Shown here: positions 10,748-20,614 of the stretch, one piece after another
Position numbering within the stretch: the stretch's first letter is position 1
Layout: each line of letters starts with the position of its first letter
DNA from: Chloroflexota bacterium
GTDB taxonomy: Bacteria > Chloroflexota > Limnocylindria > Limnocylindrales > CSP1-4
Length of the DNA stretch: 47,578 nt
NCBI GenBank assembly: GCA_017881905.1
Contig: JADGQI010000063.1
Span: forward strand, 1 to 47,578
Direction of reading: 5' to 3'
Notes under the pieces: generated by a model
What the model was told of the DNA's origin: nothing
What the model saw: only the letters and a program-made list of their open reading frames with translations
Databases searched by the model: none
Program-made: the position numbers and the translations under genes

Positions 10748-11515
10748 ATGAGGCTCCAGGACAAGGTCGCGATCATCACCGGCGGTGGGAGCGGGATGGG
10801 GCGGACGGCCGCCCTGATCTTCGCCGGTCATGGGGCGAAAGTCGTCGTCGCCGAGTTCAGCGAAGCCGCCGGCCGCGAGACGGTGGATCTGGTCGAGGCC
10901 GCCGGCGGGACCGCTTCGTTCGTCCGGGCCGACGTCTCGAGCGAGGTCGACGCCAAGTCGATGGTCGACCACGCGATCTCGACCTACGGGCGGCTCGACG
11001 TCCTGTACAACAACGCCGGGATCATGCCCGAAGCGGACCACTCGGTGATCGACACGGACGTGGCCGTCTGGGACCAGGTCATGGCGGTCAACGTCCGCGG
11101 GATCTTCCTCGGCTGCAAGTACGCCATCCCGCACATGGCCGAGCAGGGCTCCGGGTCGATCATCAACATCGCCAGCTTCGTCGCCCTGGTCGGCTGCTCG
11201 GTCCCGCAGGATGCCTACACGGCCTCCAAGGGAGCCCTGCTGGCGCTGACCCGGAGCCTGGCCGTGCAGTTCGGGCCGAAGGGGATCCGGACCAACGCGA
11301 TCTGTCCGGGGCCGATCGAGACCCCGATGCTGATGGACTGGCTGCTCAAGGACGAGGCTGCCAAGCAGCTCCGCCTGGCGCGCAATCCCACCGGCCGGTT
11401 CGGCAAGCCCGAGGAGATCGTCAACATGGCCGTCTACCTCGCGTCGGACGAGTCGCGCTTCACCAACGGGGCGCAGCTCGTGGTCGACGGCGGCATCAGC
11501 GTCAACTACTTCTAG
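10748..11515 (+). CDS. Short-chain dehydrogenase/reductase
   Basis: TGGGSGMG, NNAGI, YTASKG and CPGPIETP motifs. Confidence 0.93.
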   Translation: MRLQDKVAIITGGGSGMGRTAALIFAGHGAKVVVAEFSEAAGRETVDLVEAAGGTASFVRADVSSEVDAKSMVDHAISTYGRLDVLYNNAGIMPEADHSVIDTDVAVWDQVMAVNVRGIFLGCKYAIPHMAEQGSGSIINIASFVALVGCSVPQDAYTASKGALLALTRSLAVQFGPKGIRTNAICPGPIETPMLMDWLLKDEAAKQLRLARNPTGRFGKPEEIVNMAVYLASDESRFTNGAQLVVDGGISVNYF

Positions 11516-11525
11516 GGCACGAAGC

Positions 11526-12359
11526 GTGACCGACTGCGCGATCGGCATCGACATCGGCGGGAGCGGGATCAAGGCCGGCGCCGTGGACCTGCGGACCGGC
11601 CAGCTCGTGGGCGAGCGGCTCCGGATGGCGACCCCCATGCCGTCGACCCCACAGGCGGTCGTTTCCGCGGCCAGGCGCCTCGTGGCCCGGATCGCTCGGG
11701 CCGTGCCGGAGGCCGCGGACCCGGCGACGGTCCCGGTCGGGATCGGGATCCCATCGGTCGTCGTCGATGGGATCACGAAGTCGGCCGCGAACATCGATCC
11801 GGGGTGGGTCGACTACGCCGCGACGTTCGAGTTCAGCCGGGCGCTCGCGCGGAATGTCGTCGTCGTCAACGATGCGGATGCGGCCGGCGTCGCCGAGATG
11901 CGATTCGGGGCGGGCGTCGGGCAGCTCGGTTCCGTGTTCATGCTCACGCTCGGCACGGGCCTCGGGTCCGCCCTGTTCTCGGACGGCAAGCTGGTCCCCA
12001 ACACCGAGCTCGGCCACATGGAGATCCGCGGCCGCGACGCCGAACGTCGCTCCGCATCGAGTGCACGGGTCCGGCGCGGCCTGTCGTGGAAGGCGTGGGC
12101 GGCGGATCTCGACGAGCACCTGATCGCGATCGACCGGCTGTTCAGCCCCCGGCTGTTCATCCTCGGCGGCGGGGTCAGCAAGAACCCCGAGAAGTTCGTG
12201 CCGTTCCTGACGGTCAAGGTCCCGATCGTCGCCGCGGAGCTCCGCAACGACGCGGGCATCGTCGGCGCCGCGATGTTCGCGGCCGAGCGAATGGATGCGG
12301 CGCAAGCGGCTCCACTCGAGCCGCCGGGCGCGGAGCGGGCTCCAGACCCGGCGACGTGA
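11526..12359 (+). CDS. ppgK: Polyphosphate/ATP glucokinase (ROK family)
   Basis: [50 protein letters not shown] and [11 protein letters not shown] motifs. Confidence 0.9.
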   Translation: MTDCAIGIDIGGSGIKAGAVDLRTGQLVGERLRMATPMPSTPQAVVSAARRLVARIARAVPEAADPATVPVGIGIPSVVVDGITKSAANIDPGWVDYAATFEFSRALARNVVVVNDADAAGVAEMRFGAGVGQLGSVFMLTLGTGLGSALFSDGKLVPNTELGHMEIRGRDAERRSASSARVRRGLSWKAWAADLDEHLIAIDRLFSPRLFILGGGVSKNPEKFVPFLTVKVPIVAAELRNDAGIVGAAMFAAERMDAAQAAPLEPPGAERAPDPAT

Positions 12360-12832
12360 GCGAACCCATCGTCGACCGGGTCGAGATCGCCGGGACCCCC
12401 AGCGCGATCTGGTCGATCCTCGACGATCCGGCGGCGCTCGGCCGGGTGCTGCCGGGCTGCGAGTCGGTCGAGCCGGACGGACCGGACCGACTCCGTCTCG
12501 TGCTCGTCAGCCGGATCCGGATGATGACCGTCAGGACGGATGCCGTCGCGACGTTCAGCGAGCGGCGCCCGCCCACCCACCTCCGCCTCGAGCTCGATGG
12601 GACCGCGCGCGGCATCGGCGGATCCCTCCGGGTGGTCGTCCCGTTCGACCTCGAGCCCGTCGATGGCACCCGGACGCGCGTGACCTACGCGATCGACCTG
12701 ACGGTCTCGGGGACACTGGCGCTGGCCGGGACTCGCGCCATCCGCGACGCGATGCGGACCGAGATCGGAGCGCTCGTCCGCAATGTCGAGCGCGAACTGG
12801 CCGCGCGCGAGGAGCACGGCGACCTGGGCTAG
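12356..12832 (+). CDS. CoxG/SRPBCC family protein
   Basis: [21 protein letters not shown]-terminal CoxG motif; GTGA overlap with the ppgK stop. Confidence 0.8.
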   Translation: MSEPIVDRVEIAGTPSAIWSILDDPAALGRVLPGCESVEPDGPDRLRLVLVSRIRMMTVRTDAVATFSERRPPTHLRLELDGTARGIGGSLRVVVPFDLEPVDGTRTRVTYAIDLTVSGTLALAGTRAIRDAMRTEIGALVRNVERELAAREEHGDLG

Positions 12833-12840
12833 GCCACCGG

Positions 12841-13881
12841 TCAGACGCGGGCGCGCAGCTGCTGGAGGGTCTCGGCGCTACCCGACACGATGAGGCTCTC
12901 GCCCGCCACGACCGTTCGCTCGTCGGGCGGATTGGGCACGTACTCATTGGGGTCGCGGACGATCGCCAGGAGGAAGATACCGGCGTCGCGCAACGCGCCG
13001 ACGGTCAACCCCTCGAGCGGTCCTCCAGCGGCGACCTCGACCTCCTCGAGCGAGAACGCGAGCTCCCCATGCGACAGCGCGGCGTCGATGAAGTCGGCCA
13101 CCCGTGGCCGGATCGCGAGTTCCGCGATCCGTCGGCCGGCCATCGAGTACGGCGAGACGACCCGGTCGGCACCGGCCTGCAGGAGCTTGCCCTCCGAACC
13201 TTCCGCGTTGGCCCTCGCGACGATGAACAGCGCCGGGCTGATCGCCCTCGATGACAACGTGACGTAGACGTTGAGGGCATCCGAGTCGATCGAGGTGACC
13301 AGCCCCCGGGCACGTTCCACGCCGGCCCGTCGCAGGGTCTCGTCGTCGGTCGCGTCACCCGCGATGACGAGGTGACCGTCGGCCTGGGCGGTCGCGAGCG
13401 ACTCCGCGCGGACGTCGATGACCACGACGCGCTGGCCCCCGTGGACGAGCTCGCGGGCGACCGTCGACCCGACGCGGCCGTAGCCGCACACGAGGTAGTG
13501 GTCACGGATCTGGTCCACCGCGCCCTGCATCAGCTTGGCCTCCCGCTTGCCGCTCGCCGCATCGGCGACGATCGCCTCCGCCACCAGCCCGATCGTCCCG
13601 AAGATGATCCCCACCGCCGAGATCGCCAGCACCATCGTCCAGACCTGGCCCGCCTCATCGAGCGGATGCACCTCGCGGAACCCGACGGTCGTCAGCGTGA
13701 TCACCGTCATGTACAGCGAATCCTCGACGGTCCAGCCCTCGAGCAGCCCGTAGCCGATCGTGCCGACGATGACGATCGCGACCACCACCACGATCCACAA
13801 CGCCGTGCGTCGTGTCGCCACCGGCAGGCCGATGGCCCAGCCGGACCGGTGCTCGTTCGCTCGTGGCGGGGGCGCGCTCAC
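12841..13881 (-). CDS. Two-TM potassium channel with RCK (TrkA-N/TrkA-C) domains
   Basis: Pore motif [12 protein letters not shown]; [12 protein letters not shown] nucleotide-binding motif; GADRVVSPY. Confidence 0.92.
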   Translation of the reverse strand: MSAPPPRANEHRSGWAIGLPVATRRTALWIVVVVAIVIVGTIGYGLLEGWTVEDSLYMTVITLTTVGFREVHPLDEAGQVWTMVLAISAVGIIFGTIGLVAEAIVADAASGKREAKLMQGAVDQIRDHYLVCGYGRVGSTVARELVHGGQRVVVIDVRAESLATAQADGHLVIAGDATDDETLRRAGVERARGLVTSIDSDALNVYVTLSSRAISPALFIVARANAEGSEGKLLQAGADRVVSPYSMAGRRIAELAIRPRVADFIDAALSHGELAFSLEEVEVAAGGPLEGLTVGALRDAGIFLLAIVRDPNEYVPNPPDERTVVAGESLIVSGSAETLQQLRARV

Positions 13882-13888
13882 GTCGTCG

Positions 13889-13939
13889 AGTGTAGCGACG
13901 GTCCGACCCGCAGGACGACCCGCAGGACCGGCGTATCAT
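13889..13939. promoter_or_regulatory. Divergent promoter region with a 12-bp tandem repeat
   Basis: TACACT on - (13889-13894) lies 7 nt from the channel GTG; TATCAT on + (13934-13939); cgacccgcagga x2 at 13904-13927 lies between them. Confidence 0.5.
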
Positions 13940-13995
13940 CGAGGCCTTCCACCCCCACCCGGGGCGATCCGACCGCGCGACCCGAGGATCCACTC

Positions 13996-15486
13996 ATGAC
14001 GACCCAGCCCCAGACCGAGCCGCAGACCACGCCGGACCGGATCGTCGCGAAGATGGTCGTCGGGGGCCGGTCCGTGGATGCCGCCGATGGGCAGACGTTC
14101 GACGTGCTGGAGCCCGCCACCGGCCGGGTGATGGCGTCCGCTCCCCTCGGCGGAAAGGAGGACGTCGACCGCGCCGTCGCCGCCGCCCGGCAAGCGTTCG
14201 ACGACCCGAAGGGCTGGTCGACCTGGTCCGCCAGCAAACGCGGCCGGACCCTCGCCAAGTTCTCAGCGCTGGTCAAGGCCCACCTCGAGGAGCTCGCCCG
14301 CCTCGAGAGTCGCAACGTCGGCAAGCCGATCAGCGGGGCGCGCGGCGAGGCCCTCGGCGCCAGCCTCGTGTTCGAGTACTACGCGGGTGCGGCGAACAAG
14401 ATCTTCGGCGAGACGATCCCGGTCAGCAAGCCCGGTCTCGACTTCACCCTGCGCGAACCGATCGGCGTGGTCGGCCTGATCGTCCCCTGGAACTTCCCGA
14501 TGCTGATGGCCAGCTGGAAGCTCGGACCGGCGCTCGCCGCGGGGAACACCTGCATCCTCAAGCCGGCGAGCTGGACGCCGCTCAGCACGATCCGGCTTGG
14601 CGAGCTCGCGCTCGAGGCGGGCTTCCCCGCCGGCGTCGTCAACATCGTGACCGGGCCGGGCGGGACGGCGGGTGCGGCGATCGCGGGTCACGCCGGGATC
14701 GGGAAGGTCGCGTTCACGGGTGAGACCACGACCGGCCAGGAGATCATGCGTCTGGCCGCGAACAACGTGAAGAAGGTCAGCCTTGAGCTCGGCGGCAAGA
14801 GCCCGAACATCGTGTTCGCCGACGCAGACCTCGAGAAGTTCGCCCGAGAATCGCCCTACAGCGTCTTCGACAATTGCGGTCAGGACTGCTGCGCCCGGAG
14901 CCGGATCCTCGTCGAGCGCTCGGCCCACGACCGGGTCGTCGAGCTGTTCGTCGACGCGACCCGCAAGGTCAAGGTCGGCGATCCCTCGGACGACGCCACC
15001 GAGGTCGGGCCGATGGTCCATCCGCGCCAGCGCGACCGGGTCATGGACTACATCGGGATCGGCCAGGACGAGGGTGCCGAGCTGCTCGTCGGCGGGACGG
15101 CCCCGGAGGATCCGGATCTGGCGGCGGGGACCTACGTCCTCCCAGCGGTCTTCGCTGGTGTTTCGAACGACATGCGGATCGCCCGCGAGGAGATCTTCGG
15201 CCCGGTCGTCTCGATCATCCCGTTCGACACGGAGGAGGAGGCCATCCGACTGGCCAACGCCACGCCGTACGGCCTGTCGGGCTCGATCTGGAGTCGGGAC
15301 ATCGGACGCGCCCTGCGCACGGCCAAGGGTGTCCAGGCCGGCGTCCTGAGCGTGAACTCGAACAGCTCGGTCCACACCGAGGCGCCGTTCGGTGGGTACA
15401 AGATGTCCGGCATCGGACGCGAGCTCGGCCTTCACGCCGTGGAGCTCTACACCGAGACCAAGAACATCTTCGTCGACCTGGACTGA
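13996..15486 (+). CDS. NAD-dependent aldehyde dehydrogenase
   Basis: PWNFP, FTGE, LELGGKSP, NCGQDCCA (catalytic Cys), EEIFGP and PFGGYKMSGIGRE motifs; SD GAGGA. Confidence 0.95.
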   Translation: MTTQPQTEPQTTPDRIVAKMVVGGRSVDAADGQTFDVLEPATGRVMASAPLGGKEDVDRAVAAARQAFDDPKGWSTWSASKRGRTLAKFSALVKAHLEELARLESRNVGKPISGARGEALGASLVFEYYAGAANKIFGETIPVSKPGLDFTLREPIGVVGLIVPWNFPMLMASWKLGPALAAGNTCILKPASWTPLSTIRLGELALEAGFPAGVVNIVTGPGGTAGAAIAGHAGIGKVAFTGETTTGQEIMRLAANNVKKVSLELGGKSPNIVFADADLEKFARESPYSVFDNCGQDCCARSRILVERSAHDRVVELFVDATRKVKVGDPSDDATEVGPMVHPRQRDRVMDYIGIGQDEGAELLVGGTAPEDPDLAAGTYVLPAVFAGVSNDMRIAREEIFGPVVSIIPFDTEEEAIRLANATPYGLSGSIWSRDIGRALRTAKGVQAGVLSVNSNSSVHTEAPFGGYKMSGIGRELGLHAVELYTETKNIFVDLD

Positions 15487-15499
15487 CCGCAGCGCCGTC

Positions 15500-15700
15500 T
15501 CGGTCGGCGGCCTCGTTCGCCGGCCACGTTCCGCGTCTCGTTCCCGGTCCCATCACACGGCCCCGTCACACGGCCCCATCACACATGGCCTCGTCCGCGT
15601 CTCGGTCCCCGGCGCGATCACACGGCCGCGTTCCGGCACGTTCCATGGCCTCGTTGCCTCGTCACCCGGCCTCGCTCCGCGGCCTCGTTCCCGTTCCCCG
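15500..15700. repeat. Degenerate short tandem repeats
   Basis: ccc[a/g]tcacacggc with 13-nt period at 15549-15584, another copy near 15617, and several ggcctcgt units. Confidence 0.6.
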
Positions 15701-15706
15701 GCGCCT

Positions 15707-15879
15707 TACAACGGGCATTCTTGGCCGGCGTCCGGGGAGGCGCCGGCGGGACCCGACCACGCGGTCCACGGGCTCGGATAGCACGACCATTCTTAGACGT
15801 GCCACTTCCCGACCATTCGCGACCGCGATACCGACCCGGACGAGCCGGATCGCGCCTTCGTAAGAATGTCCGTGCTATC
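15707..15879. repeat. Three-copy REP-like cluster (two direct copies, one inverted)
   Basis: tacaacgggcattctt (15707-15722), gatagcacgaccattctta (15777-15795) and inverted taagaatgtccgtgctatc (15861-15879; 17/19 complementary to the second copy). Confidence 0.7.
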
Positions 15880-16014
15880 GCGGCGGCCCGAGGGTATCCC
15901 GACGGTCGTTCCGGTCGACAGCCTCGCATCCGGCACCGACAGCCAGGTCGCCACTCCGACCCATGACGGACGAGGGATTGCCGACAGGACGAACGGCGCC
16001 GCAGACTGCCGGCC

Positions 16015-16539
16015 ATGGATGACCGCCCGACCGCGACCGTCGAACCAGGCCCAGGCCCGGGCCTCGAGCCGGATGACGCCGAACCGACGATCGCCCGCCC
16101 GCCCTCGACGCGGCGCCCACTGTCGATCGATGTCATCTCGGGCATCCTGATCGTCGCCGGCGGCGCCCTCGAGGGCTACGCGGTCGCGCTCACGGCGGGC
16201 GACCCGGCCGGACGCCAGTACGCTCTCGCCTGGGCGCTGCTCGGCGCGGGGCTGGTGGTCACGGCCTGGGCGCTGCGGGGCCGCCGTTGGTGGGGCGGGG
16301 CGGCCGCGATCGCGGTGTCCGTGGTCGGTCTGTTCGCCGGGATGTACGGGGTCTACGGGGTGCTGGTCCTGACCAACTCGCCGACCGATGATCGGGCCAA
16401 CTGGGCGACCACAGTCGGCCTCATCGCGGTCGGCGCCGCCTCGATCGCGGTCATCGGTCTCCTGTCGGGCGCCTGGGGGTGGCTGACCGCCGCGACCCCG
16501 CGCCGATCCACGTTGACGGGTCCGTCACCGACGGTGTGA
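16015..16539 (+). CDS. Hypothetical membrane protein (about 4 TM)
   Basis: Four hydrophobic stretches and GC-rich third codon positions. Confidence 0.7.
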   Translation: MDDRPTATVEPGPGPGLEPDDAEPTIARPPSTRRPLSIDVISGILIVAGGALEGYAVALTAGDPAGRQYALAWALLGAGLVVTAWALRGRRWWGGAAAIAVSVVGLFAGMYGVYGVLVLTNSPTDDRANWATTVGLIAVGAASIAVIGLLSGAWGWLTAATPRRSTLTGPSPTV

Positions 16540-16592
16540 GCGACTCCGGCGGGCCGCGCCGCGACCACCGGCGGACGCCGGGCCCCCCGGGA

Positions 16593-17219
16593 TCAGCCTT
16601 CCCAGCGCCGCCAGGTCGGCGGCGGACCCGGCGACAGGTCCGGACGACGTCGCGCGAGCCAGTCCACGAGCGCGTAGTACGTCGTCTTGAACCCGATCTC
16701 CTCCCAGGGGATCGACTCGGGCGTGAAGGTCTCGACGGCGGTCGCCTCGGGGGTGGGGTGGGCCTCGCCCCCGACGATCCGGGCCTCGAACACCACGACC
16801 ACGACCGTCGCCTCGAGCCGCGAGTACAGGCCCACGATCTCGCCCGGATCGACGATCAGGCCCGTCTCCTCGAGGGTCTCGCGGATGGCCGCCTCATGGA
16901 CGGTCTCGTCGACCTCGAGGAAGCCGCCCGGCTGGGCCCAGGCCCCGATCGCCGGCTCGATGCCGCGACGGATCAGGACGACGTCGCCGGCCGCGGTCAC
17001 GGGCAGGGTGGTCGCGACGAGCCGCGGATTGACGTAGGCGATGTGACCGCAGCGGGGGCAGGCGAGCCGATCCCGATGCTCCCCCTCGAGCGGACCGGAG
17101 ACCAGCTCGGCTCCGCACCGTGAGCAGTGCTTGAGCGTCCCGGCGACCCAGGCCGGTACGCCCGCCCCAGAGGCGATGTCGGTCGACCGTCCGTCGCGCC
17201 CGCGGCCGGATCCGGTCAT
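16593..17219 (-). CDS. NUDIX hydrolase with N-terminal zinc ribbon
   Basis: HCSRCG...ACPRCG..YVNP; Nudix box GGFLEVDETVHEAAIRETLEETG; ATGA overlap with the upstream gene. Confidence 0.92.
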   Translation of the reverse strand: MTGSGRGRDGRSTDIASGAGVPAWVAGTLKHCSRCGAELVSGPLEGEHRDRLACPRCGHIAYVNPRLVATTLPVTAAGDVVLIRRGIEPAIGAWAQPGGFLEVDETVHEAAIRETLEETGLIVDPGEIVGLYSRLEATVVVVVFEARIVGGEAHPTPEATAVETFTPESIPWEEIGFKTTYYALVDWLARRRPDLSPGPPPTWRRWEG

Positions 17220-17638
17220 GCGCTCAGGACCGCCCAGGTCGCGACCGCGAGCACGGCGAGGAGGCTCATCGTCGCCAGGAACCACGCCAGCCGGAACAGG
17301 CCGCGCCCCGGGTTCACGGGCATCCATGCCCAGGCCGACCGCCAGATCCGAAGGGCGGCGTCGGCGGTCGTCAGGAAGAGCACGGGCGCCCCGATGACGA
17401 CACACAGCTTGACCAGCGGGCTGCCGATCGGGACCCCGAGCTCGATCGCGGTGATCGCGACCGCCCCGCAGATCAGCGCGACGACCGACAGACTGATGTA
17501 ATGCCGCTGGAGTGGAGTGGGCCTGAGCTCCGGCACGGATCGCGGCGGGAGACCCTGGAGGCTGGGCGGGAGCGTCGGCGTGCGGACAGCCTGCCGGTCG
17601 AGGACCGGCATCCCCGGCTCGTATCTCGGGTCGTCCAT
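17216..17638 (-). CDS. Hypothetical membrane protein (about 3 TM)
   Basis: Hydrophobic segments; TACGAT -10 box 6 nt before the ATG; translationally coupled to the NUDIX gene. Confidence 0.7.
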   Translation of the reverse strand: MDDPRYEPGMPVLDRQAVRTPTLPPSLQGLPPRSVPELRPTPLQRHYISLSVVALICGAVAITAIELGVPIGSPLVKLCVVIGAPVLFLTTADAALRIWRSAWAWMPVNPGRGLFRLAWFLATMSLLAVLAVATWAVLSA

Positions 17639-17734
17639 GGACCCATCGTAGTCCGAGAGGTCGACCGACGAGTGTCACGGCACCCGGATCGCGGACGTCA
17701 CACGAGTGCTCCAGGTCGAACGGCGGAGGATCCC

Positions 17735-18499
17735 ATGAACGGTCGCGGTCAGACTCGCGGGCGGAGCCGACAGAGTCGATGGATCATCGCGCCGGCGCTC
17801 GCTGCGGCCCTGCTGACGGGCTGCACCGGGACGTCCCCGAGCACGGCACCGGCGATGCCGACCGCCGCCCCGCTCGCGAGCCCGACGGGCGAGTCACCGG
17901 CCGCGTCCACAGCTTCGGCGATACCGTCGGCGACAGCGCCGTCGACCCCTACGCCGACACTCGGCAACGCCGCTTCGCCGACCGCCGTCCCGAGTCCCTC
18001 CGCGACCGCCGCGACCGGCGTCGCCGGCTGTCCGACCCCCCCGGTCGATCTCGCGACGGCGAGGGACCTCGTCCGAGCCGGCAAGGCCGTCACGTGCTTC
18101 GGGCCCAGGGCGCTGACGTTCCGGGCCTACGTCCCGACCACCGAGGGGCTCGGCGGGGCGAGCGCCTGGAAGATGACGCCGGCCTGGCTCGCCGACGACT
18201 GGATGGGCGTGATCCTCCAGCCCGAGCCGCTGACGGAGCAGGACCAGGATGCCTGGCTGATCGCCAGGGTCCCGCCGTCACTCGGGCGCTGCGGGATCAC
18301 GGACGAAGGAGCGCCGGCCTGCCCGTTCGGCCCGCACCTCGACGGCTACGTCGTCGTGACCGGCCATTTCGACGACCCCGCGGCCGCGACCTGCAAGTCG
18401 ACGGCCTGGGAGTCGGGGCAGGATCCAGGCCCATCGAAGGCCAAGATGGTCGCCCGCTGTCGCGCGCGCTTCGTCGTCACAAGGATCGAGGCCGGCTGA
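17735..18499 (+). CDS. Putative lipoprotein with Pro/Ser/Thr linker and Cys-rich domain
   Basis: Basic N-terminus, lipobox LLTGC, PST-rich linker, six further Cys, VVVTGHFDDPAAATC; SD GGAGGA. Confidence 0.75.
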   Translation: MNGRGQTRGRSRQSRWIIAPALAAALLTGCTGTSPSTAPAMPTAAPLASPTGESPAASTASAIPSATAPSTPTPTLGNAASPTAVPSPSATAATGVAGCPTPPVDLATARDLVRAGKAVTCFGPRALTFRAYVPTTEGLGGASAWKMTPAWLADDWMGVILQPEPLTEQDQDAWLIARVPPSLGRCGITDEGAPACPFGPHLDGYVVVTGHFDDPAAATCKSTAWESGQDPGPSKAKMVARCRARFVVTRIEAG

Positions 18500-18508
18500 C
18501 CTCGCGGC

Positions 18509-19003
18509 TCAGCCCTGGTTCGTCTCGTCGTCCAGGACGGCCTGCGTCTGCGCGGCGCGGTAGGCCCGGACGCGCCCAGCAAGCGCGGCGTCGGACAGTG
18601 CCAGGATCTCGGCCGCCAGCAGGGCCGCGTTCTCGGCGTTGCCGATCGCGACGGTGGCAACGGGTACCCCGCGGGGCATCTGGACGATCGACAGGAGCGA
18701 GTCGAGACCGCCGAGGTGCTGGGTCGGGATCGGGACGCCGATCACCGGGAGCATGGTCTTGGCGGCGATCATCCCGGGCAGGTGCGCGGCCCCGCCGGCA
18801 CCGGCCACGATCACCCGGATGCCCCGCCCCGGAGCCTCCTCGGCATAGCGATAGAGCAGGTCCGGGGTGCGATGGGCCGAGACCACCCGGAGCTCGTTGG
18901 GCACGCCGAGCTCGGTCAGCAGGGCGGCCCCCTTCTCCAGGATGGGGAAGTCGGAGCGACTGCCCCCGACGATGCCGACCAGCACGCCGGGTCGGGCCGC
19001 CAT
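18509..19003 (-). CDS. purE: N5-CAIR mutase (class I PurE)
   Basis: [32 protein letters not shown] and [20 protein letters not shown] motifs. Confidence 0.96.
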   Translation of the reverse strand: MAARPGVLVGIVGGSRSDFPILEKGAALLTELGVPNELRVVSAHRTPDLLYRYAEEAPGRGIRVIVAGAGGAAHLPGMIAAKTMLPVIGVPIPTQHLGGLDSLLSIVQMPRGVPVATVAIGNAENAALLAAEILALSDAALAGRVRAYRAAQTQAVLDDETNQG

Positions 19004-19005
19004 CG

Positions 19006-20478
19006 CTACTGACCCTGCGCCTTCGTGAAGCCGTCGTGGCCGGCGAAGATGTGGAGCTTCTCGATGTGCGTCCAGCCGGGGTGCTGCGCCGCGACTCGGG
19101 CCTGGAGCTCGAGGAGCTCGGCATCGACGGCAACGCCGCGATCGCGCGTGACGAAGCGCGCCCGGAGCAGGCCGACATCGTCGGGCGACAGGCCGGTCGG
19201 CGGGTAGACCTTCGTCCCCCGGCTCGAGATCATCTCGAGCTCGAACGGGGTCCCGCCCGCGATCCGCTCGAGGTCCGGCCCCAGGACGTCGGACCCGATC
19301 TCGGTCGCGATGAAGATGTCCAGCCCGATCGTCCGTCGGTCGATGCCGGCGTAGTGGGCCGGCGAGTAGTCCCAGCCCGGGAGGGCGGTCGGCGGCGATC
19401 CCGTCGGACGCTCGCGCCGACCCCCGCGCGACGGTCGGTGGCCGAGGGCCGCGATGACCGCGTCGGTGAACCCGGACGTCGAGGCGGCCTGCTCGACGTC
19501 CCCGCCGGTCTGGCGGGCGAGGTCCTGGGTCACCGCGGCACCGCTTTCCAGCGTGGCCAGGACGGCATCCTCGATCCGGTCGGCCGCCTTCACCTCGCCG
19601 AGGTGCCGGAGCATCATCACCGAGCTGAGGATGAGCGCGGTCGGGTTGATCACATCCTTGCCGGCGTACTTCGGCGCGGACCCGTGGACCGCCTCGAAGA
19701 TCGCGACGCCGTCGCCGTAGTTGCCCGACGAGGCGAAGCCCAGCCCTCCGACGAGCCCGCTGGCGAGGTCGCTGATGATGTCGCCGTTGAGGTTGGTCGT
19801 GACGATGACGTCGAACTGGGCGGGTGCTTTCGCCAGCTGATGGGCGACGTTGTCGATGATCAGATGCTCGGCGACGATCTCCGGGTATTCCGGTGCGAGC
19901 TCCTCGAAGACCCCTTTGAACAGCCCCTCGGTGAGCTTCATGATGTTGGCCTTGGTCGCGCAGGTCACCTTCTGGCGACCCTCGCGGCGGGCCAGCTCGA
20001 ACGCGTATCGGATGACCTTCTCGGATCCCTTCCGGCTGATGATCTTGAGGCACTGTCCGACGTCCGGGGTCTGCATGTGCTCGATGCCCGCGTACAGGTC
20101 CTCGACGTTCTCGCGGACGATGATCATGTCGACGCCCTCGCCCGCGTAGCGGGTCGGGACGCCCGCCAGCTCGCGCGCCGGCCGGACGTTGGCGTACGTC
20201 TCGAACAGCTTGCGCAGCGTGACGTTGGCGCTCTTCTCACCGAACCCGACCGGCGTCTCGAGCGGTCCCTTGAGGACGACACGGGTCCGCTCGATCGATT
20301 CCCGGGTGGCCGCCGGGACGCCGCTCGTATCGCCGCGCTTGAACACCTCGAGGCCGGCCTCGGCCTCCTCCCAGTCGATCCGGACCCCTTCGGCCTCGAT
20401 GATCCGGACCGCCGAGCGGACGACCTCCGGTCCGACCCCGTCGCCGGGGATCACGGTCACCTGATGGGCCTGGGACAT
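19006..20478 (-). CDS. icd: Isocitrate dehydrogenase with C-terminal extension
   Basis: [71 protein letters not shown]; C-terminal [13 protein letters not shown]...GFTKAQGQ domain; SD GAGGAG. Confidence 0.92.
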   Translation of the reverse strand: MSQAHQVTVIPGDGVGPEVVRSAVRIIEAEGVRIDWEEAEAGLEVFKRGDTSGVPAATRESIERTRVVLKGPLETPVGFGEKSANVTLRKLFETYANVRPARELAGVPTRYAGEGVDMIIVRENVEDLYAGIEHMQTPDVGQCLKIISRKGSEKVIRYAFELARREGRQKVTCATKANIMKLTEGLFKGVFEELAPEYPEIVAEHLIIDNVAHQLAKAPAQFDVIVTTNLNGDIISDLASGLVGGLGFASSGNYGDGVAIFEAVHGSAPKYAGKDVINPTALILSSVMMLRHLGEVKAADRIEDAVLATLESGAAVTQDLARQTGGDVEQAASTSGFTDAVIAALGHRPSRGGRRERPTGSPPTALPGWDYSPAHYAGIDRRTIGLDIFIATEIGSDVLGPDLERIAGGTPFELEMISSRGTKVYPPTGLSPDDVGLLRARFVTRDRGVAVDAELLELQARVAAQHPGWTHIEKLHIFAGHDGFTKAQGQ

Positions 20479-20614
20479 CGACGGGTCTCCTCGGGGCGGG
20501 TCGGTCGGCAGCCCGCCGATTCTAGTGCGTCGGACCCGATGGGCAGCGGCCGGCCGGCGCAAGGATCCACGGGGCCGTCAGGTCGATGACGAACGGGGTC
20601 GCCGGGCTCGGCGA

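Noticed and set aside
18509-20053. Apparent 514-aa PurE with a long N-terminal extension
   Set aside because: The extension is an alternative frame of icd; real PurE starts at 19003. The same applies to extended starts of the ALDH, XDH, UraD, SufU and NUDIX ORFs.
17779-20589. 936-aa + strand ORF
   Set aside because: Arg/Gly/Pro-rich shadow over the lipoprotein, purE and icd; long stop-free frames are expected at this GC content.
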